Source of the DNA: an uncultured Rikenellaceae bacterium
GTDB taxonomy: Bacteria; Bacteroidota; Bacteroidia; Bacteroidales; VadinHA17
Assembly: GCA_964634565.1 (NCBI GenBank)
Contig: CAZWLP010000004.1
Location: forward strand, 21,921 to 85,920
Direction of reading: 5' to 3'
Length of the DNA stretch: 64,000 nt
The translations under genes were made by a program, and so were the position numbers. The notes under the pieces are model-generated. The model searched no databases and was not told the origin of the DNA. It was given only the letters and a program-made list of their open reading frames with translations. This document shows, piece by piece, positions 58,031-64,000 of the stretch (position 1 is its first letter; each line of letters opens with the position of its first letter).

Positions 58031-59089
58031 ATGATTAATATCAAAGGGTTTGATTTAATAAATTATAGAAGTAAGTGGCAACGGGTAATTACTCATTCAA
58101 TATTATGGCTTGGACTCAGTATGTTTTTTCTTATTTATGAATTAACAGTTGAGAATAAGACGAATATTCTGGTCGAATTCAGGAATAATTCCTTCCACAT
58201 GTTTGTAGATATTATATTTACATACTTAATAATATTCTTTATTGATAATTTCCTTTTCAGAAAGAAGTATATATCCTTTATTTTTTTAACCCTGGGGTCA
58301 TTAATATTAGAATTCTTTATTTACAGAGAGTTGTTGCACATTATGATTAAAGTGTTTTACCCGGAGCGTATTCTGGAGGATTTTCTTGAATCTATAAGTA
58401 CTATATTCACCATATACTCAATGTTATTTCCGATAGTATTGTTTTCTATTCTGCATATTTTTCGAAGAAGTATAATTTCTCAGGCCAGATTATCTGAAAT
58501 TGTAAACGAGAACCTTACAAATGAGTTGGCCTTATTAAAAAATCAACTCAACCAGCATTCACTTTTTAACACACTTAATAATATTGATTCTCAGGTCTAC
58601 ACTGATCCTGATAAGGCTTCACGAAGTATTAATAATCTTTCCGGACTTCTAAGATATTCTCTTTATGAGACTGCTTGTACCTCTGTCCCAATGGTGAAAG
58701 AGATTGAGTATATTACGAGTTACCTCGAATTATTCACCCCTGATTCTGACTTAAGTAAGAATATAAAATTTACTATTGATGGCGATTACAGTTCAATCCT
58801 GATCGCTCCAATGCTGTTTGTGCCATTTATTGAAAATTGCCTTAAGCATGGTGATTACACAGGAAGTAAAACTATAGATATCGGATTTACCTTTGACGGA
58901 GACATCTTGTATTTTCAAACAACTAACTTTATAATGCATAGTTCTGGTAAAACATCAACTGGCATTGGCATAGAGAATGTTAAAAGGAGACTGGAACTTA
59001 TTTACAAAGGGAAATATAAACTGCAAATAAGAGACCATAATGAAAGATTTGAAGTAAATCTTAAATTAGATAGCCTTATCCGCGAATAA
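58031..59089 (+). CDS. Orphan sensor histidine kinase, LytS/YehU-type; colinear paralog of 55000-56064
   Basis: H-box is LKNQLNQHSLFNTLNNI. ATPase motifs are PMLFVPFIENCLKHG and GIGIENVKRRLELIY. No response regulator gene follows. Confidence 0.8.
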   Translation: MINIKGFDLINYRSKWQRVITHSILWLGLSMFFLIYELTVENKTNILVEFRNNSFHMFVDIIFTYLIIFFIDNFLFRKKYISFIFLTLGSLILEFFIYRELLHIMIKVFYPERILEDFLESISTIFTIYSMLFPIVLFSILHIFRRSIISQARLSEIVNENLTNELALLKNQLNQHSLFNTLNNIDSQVYTDPDKASRSINNLSGLLRYSLYETACTSVPMVKEIEYITSYLELFTPDSDLSKNIKFTIDGDYSSILIAPMLFVPFIENCLKHGDYTGSKTIDIGFTFDGDILYFQTTNFIMHSSGKTSTGIGIENVKRRLELIYKGKYKLQIRDHNERFEVNLKLDSLIRE

Positions 59090-59248
59090 GTACTATATCA
59101 GAAGTACTGTATTGCCTGATTTAATTTGAATTAAGGGCCGAATATCGAATATATCCGCACTATATCTGTTAAAAGCCAGTAGATCATTTTTATTGTAGAT
59201 ATTTGTTTTATAGTAAATAGTAATATTTACCATAAAAATATATCAATA

Positions 59249-60958
59249 ATGAAATCATTAAATAAACTACTTGCCTGGCTTATTCCTCTGAGCTTATCAA
59301 CAAGCATAATATTTGCGCAGCAATTATCTCGCGATAAACTTATTGAAGATGCCAGGCAGTTGAAGAATCTTATAGAAGGATGTCATCCAGACCCATATCT
59401 GAATACCAATGGTAAAATAGGGTTTAACCTGGCATTTTATGAAATGCTAAATAAAATTCCTGAAGAGGGAATGAATACTGAGGATTACTGGTGGTTGCTT
59501 TCCTCATTTCTGGCCAAGATGGAAGACGGCCATACTTTTTTGTTCCCTGTGAGTCAGCCTGACTATTCCAATCCGGGAGGTATACCTATGAGGTTTCGGA
59601 TATTAGCCGATTCTTCTATTATTATTAACAGGGTATCAATGCCTGAACACAAACCTTTTATAGGTTGTCGTGTATTAGGCATTAATAATGTAAAGACAGA
59701 TTTATTAATTGAGAAGGCGGGACTTCTTTACCCTATGGAGAATCATTTTGATCATTTCAGGAACCTGAGAACCTATCTCTGGTTTTCCGCTTATATGAAG
59801 CGACTTTTTCCAGCCTGGGAACCCGGTATGAGTGTTAGTATAGAAGTGGAAGAAGCTAATGGACATATAAGGCAACTTATTTTACCAACAGGTTCGGATG
59901 CTGTGTATAAAACAAGCGGTTCTGAAAAATCATCTCTTAAGCTACCAGATACCGGGAAATGTGATTTTGTTTTTGATTGGATAAACAATGACCGCAATAC
60001 AGGGTATATGTGCCTTGAAAAACAGGATGAGTTCAGGGAATATGCAGAGCAAATGATTGCCGGACTTAAAACAATACAGGATAAGGCAACAGTTAATGCC
60101 TATAGAAAGCAGTACCTTGCAGTGGCCCATCAGTATTATCAGCGATATCACGGGACACCCGGGCCAGACAGTCTGGAGCTGCTTATCAGCCGACTGCCAT
60201 CCTTTACAGAGTATATGACAGATGTAGTAAACAAACTGAAGAATAATAATACAGAGAACCTTATTATAGATCTTAGGGATAACAGTGGGGGGGTTTCACT
60301 GATGTCTGATATTCTTATTTATTTCCTTTACGGAAAAGAAAAAATGGCTGAACTGGAAAGTGATAATTATGCAATTACTTATTTGTCTGAGCTAAATACT
60401 AAAACAGCCTTTTCTGTTGATGTTAGCGCTACTAACAAGCAGTATGCGGGGAATAAGATGGTCCCTCTGGAAACAGGAGATTATGATTTTTACTCAATGT
60501 ATGAATATAAATCAGGTAAAAAGAAGCATAATAAAGTAATCCCTGCCTCCAGGTATGAAAATACCGGGCCTTTTTATGATGAATATAATTCGGGCAATTA
60601 TTCAGGGTTCTATGCTCCTGACAATATTTTTGTATTGGGAGGATCTGATACATTCAGTGCAGGATTTGAGACTCTTGTAAAACTTATGAAATGTGACGCA
60701 ACTTTTGTTGGAGTATCAGCTGCTCAGCCAGGTAATTGCTTTGGCATGGCAATAAGTCCGGTAAGTGGTTTGAAAAACTCTAATATCAGGTTGAATGTTG
60801 CAATAAGGAGGATGGTGATGTTTCCCGATGATCCTGAGAAAGGTTATCAGCTTGATCCGGATATACCGCTCGACTATAAGGCGTTTTCAGAGTATAACTT
60901 TGATCCAAACTCAAGTGTTCGACTGGTTCTGGATATGATACAGAAACAGAATAGATAA
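59249..60958 (+). CDS. Secreted S41-like peptidase
   Basis: Signal peptide is MKSLNKLLAWLIPLSLSTSIIFAQ. S41 motifs are IIDLRDNSGGVS and GGSDTFSAGFETL. Confidence 0.55.
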   Translation: MKSLNKLLAWLIPLSLSTSIIFAQQLSRDKLIEDARQLKNLIEGCHPDPYLNTNGKIGFNLAFYEMLNKIPEEGMNTEDYWWLLSSFLAKMEDGHTFLFPVSQPDYSNPGGIPMRFRILADSSIIINRVSMPEHKPFIGCRVLGINNVKTDLLIEKAGLLYPMENHFDHFRNLRTYLWFSAYMKRLFPAWEPGMSVSIEVEEANGHIRQLILPTGSDAVYKTSGSEKSSLKLPDTGKCDFVFDWINNDRNTGYMCLEKQDEFREYAEQMIAGLKTIQDKATVNAYRKQYLAVAHQYYQRYHGTPGPDSLELLISRLPSFTEYMTDVVNKLKNNNTENLIIDLRDNSGGVSLMSDILIYFLYGKEKMAELESDNYAITYLSELNTKTAFSVDVSATNKQYAGNKMVPLETGDYDFYSMYEYKSGKKKHNKVIPASRYENTGPFYDEYNSGNYSGFYAPDNIFVLGGSDTFSAGFETLVKLMKCDATFVGVSAAQPGNCFGMAISPVSGLKNSNIRLNVAIRRMVMFPDDPEKGYQLDPDIPLDYKAFSEYNFDPNSSVRLVLDMIQKQNR

Positions 60959-61012
60959 AATCTGAGATATTTTGAAATGATTTGAATTAGTTTATCAGGT
61001 GAGTATATTAAG

Positions 61013-61323
61013 CTGTGTCAGGAGTGGGCCGGAATTGCTCACTTCCATCGGCATACCTTGCAAACCGACCCATTTCTCTTTTATGAACCTGGTCTGCGCG
61101 AGGCCATGGCCAGCCACCGAATCTTATCTCCATGGTACATCCTCCAGCCATCTTTAGGTGCAAAATCGTGTCCTATACTACGGCCTGCCAGCGATGCTCT
61201 TGGTCCCATTTCCTCGTTGCCCATCGGGTAGAAATCTTTGTGATGCACACAGAAAAGGAAGGGGTTATTCGTTTCCCACTGGAAGCCAAGGGGCTTAATT
61301 GATTTAATACTTTTGCTTAGCAT
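61013..61323 (-). pseudogene. Pirin-family gene remnant (N-terminal about 70 aa recognisable, then frameshifted and truncated)
   Basis: The 80-aa ORF carries the pirin N-terminal pattern LGFQWETNNPFLFCVHHKDFYPMGN...[12 protein letters not shown]. It then loses the expected PGFPxHPHRGFE metal-binding motif. The +1 frame stays open to about 61013 without restoring it. Full-length pirins are several-fold longer. Confidence 0.5.
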
Positions 61324-61420
61324 AACTTTATTGTTTCTATAAAGTTAAGCTATTTTAAGTATTTTGACACTTATACTTTTATGAGTACTGTATTCTCCTG
61401 ATTTGTAATAATGAGATGTT

Positions 61421-62344
61421 TTATAATTCAAACTTAACACCCGTAAGTTTTTCTGATACCTCCCATAGAATTGCTGCGTCGCTCAAATTATGGGATAGTT
61501 CACTGGATTCTACAAGAACAGGATAACCCTTCATCTCTCTCTTACCGTCAGGTCCGTAATATTGCCCTCCTTTTACCTGTGGGTCGACAGATGCCCTGAT
61601 CTGAGGCAGTGCTCCCATTGCCTGATCCTGGGATATGCTCTTAAATACCGGGTATAGTATTTTATATATAAATTTATTTTCAAGGTAACGGGCCAGATTC
61701 GTATTGGCAACCCCAGGATGAGCTGCAAGAGCAATAGTTGTTGATCCCGACGATTCAAGCTTTCTCTGGAGCTCATAAGTAAACAGCAGGTTTGATAGTT
61801 TTGAACGCCCATAAGCCTTCATCGGCGAATATCCATTTCCATCATTAAATTGCAGGTTTTCAAAATCCATCTTTCCCTGTTTGTGTGCCATGCTGCTTAC
61901 ACTTACTATTCTTGAATTTTCAGTTTTATTCAAGACATCCAACAGTAAACCTGTCAGAGCAAAATGACCCAGGTGATTGGTTCCAAACTGCCCTTCATTG
62001 CCGTCCCTGGTAAGGAAGTAGGGTGTCATCATAATGCCGGCATTATTTAACAGTATATCCAGCTTTTTGTATTTCTTTTTATAACTGACAGCAAAGTCCC
62101 TTACTGATCCAAGGTCACCCAGGTCAAGTTGCATTACTTGAATTTCAGCATGGGGGAGCTCTTTTAGTATTGTTTTTTTTGCATCTTCTCCTTTTTCCAG
62201 TGAACGGCTTGCAAGTATTACTTTTGCCCCTTTCATAGCAAAGGCTTTTACCGACTCATATCCAAGTCCGCTATTGCCTCCTGTTACAAGAATATTTTTT
62301 CCCTTTAGATCAGGTATATCGTTTATTGTCCAATTATTATTCAT
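61421..62344 (-). CDS. Short-chain dehydrogenase/reductase (SDR) family oxidoreductase
   Basis: Cofactor motif is LVTGGNSGLGYE (TGxxxGxG). NNAG is present. The catalytic YxxxK occurs in YGRSKLSN. Confidence 0.85.
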   Translation of the reverse strand: MNNNWTINDIPDLKGKNILVTGGNSGLGYESVKAFAMKGAKVILASRSLEKGEDAKKTILKELPHAEIQVMQLDLGDLGSVRDFAVSYKKKYKKLDILLNNAGIMMTPYFLTRDGNEGQFGTNHLGHFALTGLLLDVLNKTENSRIVSVSSMAHKQGKMDFENLQFNDGNGYSPMKAYGRSKLSNLLFTYELQRKLESSGSTTIALAAHPGVANTNLARYLENKFIYKILYPVFKSISQDQAMGALPQIRASVDPQVKGGQYYGPDGKREMKGYPVLVESSELSHNLSDAAILWEVSEKLTGVKFEL

Positions 62345-62613
62345 CTTTTATTTTGTTTAAATTTTAAAGTTATCAGTATAACAAAATACCGGCATGATAG
62401 TTTTAGTCAGTCCTGCATTATTAAAAGTAATAGCTGGAAAAATAATTTTAAATTTAAAGAGTCAGATAATTTAAATGAAGTAACAGGTTTATTCTGTGAT
62501 TAAAATTTTATGTTCTGTGGCATTACCTCAAGTAACCGCCTACATAAAAGGTGATACAGGTATAATTATTAATCATTCTTATTTTTGGATATCTTTATAA
62601 AAAATTTACATAG

Positions 62614-63666
62614 ATGACTCTTTTAATTTTTTATATTTTCCTTGCATTGTTTGTTTCATTCCTCTGTTCTGTAACAGAGTCGGTGCTTCTGTCAACACCG
62701 GTTTCATTTCTTAATGTGAAGCTTGATGAGGGAAAAAAATCAGCCGGGATAATGATTAAAATGAAGGAGAGTATAGAAGGTCCTCTTTCAGCAATATTAT
62801 CTCTTAATACTATTGCTCATACTGTAGGTGCTGCGGGAATAGGAGTGCAGACTGCTATATTATTTGAAAATTTATCCTTTGGTATAATTTCAGCAGCACT
62901 GACCCTGTTGATTCTGATTTTTTCAGAAATTATACCTAAGACTATTGGAGCAATGTACTGGAGGAACCTTGCATTAATTTCGGGAAAGGTTATCAAAGTA
63001 ATGATAATCATTACATGGCCCTTTGTAATTATGGCTGGCTTTATAACAAGGATATTTTCAAGGAGTAAGGAAGAAGCTTCGATAAACCGTGATGAGCTTT
63101 CAGCCATGGCCAGGATAGGACATGAGGAGGGAGTCTTCAGTGAAAAGGAAAGCATGATCATTACCAATCTTATCAGGTTAAAAACTGTCAGGGTAACCGA
63201 TATTATGACCCCCAGAGTGGTAGTAACAATTGCTGATGAGAATATGACAATTTCTGAATTCCTCAGGCAGAAGGAATATCTTCATTACTCAAGGATACCC
63301 GTTTATGATGAATCAAGGGATAATATAACGGGATTCGTGCTGAGGCAGGAAGTTTTTGAATATATTGACGATAATCCTGGTGTAAAGATGCTAAAGGATG
63401 TAAAACGAAATATGGTTATTGTACCTGAGACAAAAACCGTACTTGACCTCTGGAATACAATGTTAAATTCCAAGACTCATATAGCCCTGGTTGTTGATGA
63501 GTACGGAGGAATGGACGGTATAGTAACTATGGAAGATATCTTTGAGACCCTGCTCGGGCTGGAAATCGTTGACGAGAGGGATAAGGTTGTTGATATGCAG
63601 GTGCTTGCCCGCGAGAGGTGGAAGGCAAAAAAGCTGAAGTACAGTATTATTGACAGGGATTCTTAA
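62614..63666 (+). CDS. CNNM/DUF21 membrane domain plus CBS-pair protein (hemolysin/CorB-like, without CorC_HlyC tail)
   Basis: 350-aa ORF with an N-terminal 4-TM DUF21-like region. The CBS pair region includes VRVTDIMTPRVVV and VVDEYGGMDGIVTMEDIFE. Confidence 0.8.
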   Translation: MTLLIFYIFLALFVSFLCSVTESVLLSTPVSFLNVKLDEGKKSAGIMIKMKESIEGPLSAILSLNTIAHTVGAAGIGVQTAILFENLSFGIISAALTLLILIFSEIIPKTIGAMYWRNLALISGKVIKVMIIITWPFVIMAGFITRIFSRSKEEASINRDELSAMARIGHEEGVFSEKESMIITNLIRLKTVRVTDIMTPRVVVTIADENMTISEFLRQKEYLHYSRIPVYDESRDNITGFVLRQEVFEYIDDNPGVKMLKDVKRNMVIVPETKTVLDLWNTMLNSKTHIALVVDEYGGMDGIVTMEDIFETLLGLEIVDERDKVVDMQVLARERWKAKKLKYSIIDRDS

Positions 63667-64000
63667 GAACGCGGAGAAGAAGTATTCATATCCGGGCTTA
63701 GTTTTTAAACTATATCTATGAACAATATTTCAGTCTAATAACTCTGACGATTTTCTCTTTCGGTGCCTGGCTTTGATAGGTTGATGATTATATAAAAGTC
63801 CTGTACTATGTTCAAACCGGTACTGTCATGTATTTTTAATACTTTTTTAGAAGCTTAAAGACCCCTCTGTTTTGTAAATATTCATCAATTATATTTTAAA
63901 TAGAAGCTCCAATAAAAAAGGTCCCCATCTGGTAAAAAGAAAAAGAGATAAGCCAGGCTGCCAGAGTATTATAAATAAATGATAGTGTCATCCACTTAAT

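Noticed and set aside
63896-64000. Possible 3' end of a minus-strand membrane-protein gene running off the right edge (…IKWMTLSFIYNTLAAWLISFSFYQMGTFFIGASI, stop at 63896-63898)
   Set aside because: Only 34 codons are visible, which is too short to identify or to distinguish from chance. It is noted but not called.
1-64000. Search for CRISPR arrays, tRNA/rRNA genes, transposases, integrases, phage or known defence-system genes (restriction, helicase/nuclease, toxin-antitoxin)
   Set aside because: None were recognised. No regularly spaced direct repeats, no tRNA-like cloverleaf candidates in the gaps I read, and no ORF with recombinase, nuclease or helicase motifs apart from housekeeping ExoIII and the beta-CASP hydrolase.

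Overview
AT-rich chromosomal segment that looks like Bacteroidota. Supporting signs: a SusC/SusD pair, TonB-dependent receptors with CarboxypepD_reg-type N-termini, many lipoprotein-type signal peptides, abundant His_kinase/LytTR two-component systems, and TAnnTTTG-like promoter boxes. I call 40 protein-coding genes and 1 pseudogene. I saw no rRNA, tRNA, CRISPR array, transposase, integrase or phage genes. Order of content: (i) 1-3346, a minus-strand trio of DUF1611, a PLP enzyme and a GNAT/nitrilase fusion. (ii) 3502-7849, a beta-CASP MBL hydrolase and an M16 peptidase, each preceded by the same roughly 50-bp promoter-like repeat with phased A-tracts. (iii) 8216-21293, a long minus-strand block of secreted or lipoprotein genes: a beta-propeller protein, a PKD lipoprotein/TonB receptor/HmuY-like set, a YD-like repeat protein, an S41 peptidase, and 1151-aa and 319-aa PD40 (TolB-like) propeller proteins. 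(iv) 21601-42627, the most unusual region. Five paralogous double-FtsX (MacB-type) permeases of about 770-800 aa are interleaved with three two-component systems (one LytS/LytTR, two paralogous sigma-54 NtrC-type pairs) and a pepsin-like/PDZ lipoprotein. No ABC ATPase, adaptor or TolC gene occurs anywhere in the window. (v) 43100-47773, a SusC/SusD pair with no CAZymes or cognate regulator. (vi) 48144-60958, a region dense in LytTR signalling (two more HK/RR pairs, one orphan HK, one stand-alone LytTR domain) mixed with GNAT, an M61-like peptidase, exonuclease III, a class-C beta-lactamase-like hydrolase and a second S41-like peptidase. (vii) 61013-63666, a decayed pirin fragment, an SDR oxidoreductase and a CNNM/CBS protein. 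All functional calls rest on motifs read by eye in the translations; no database search was run.
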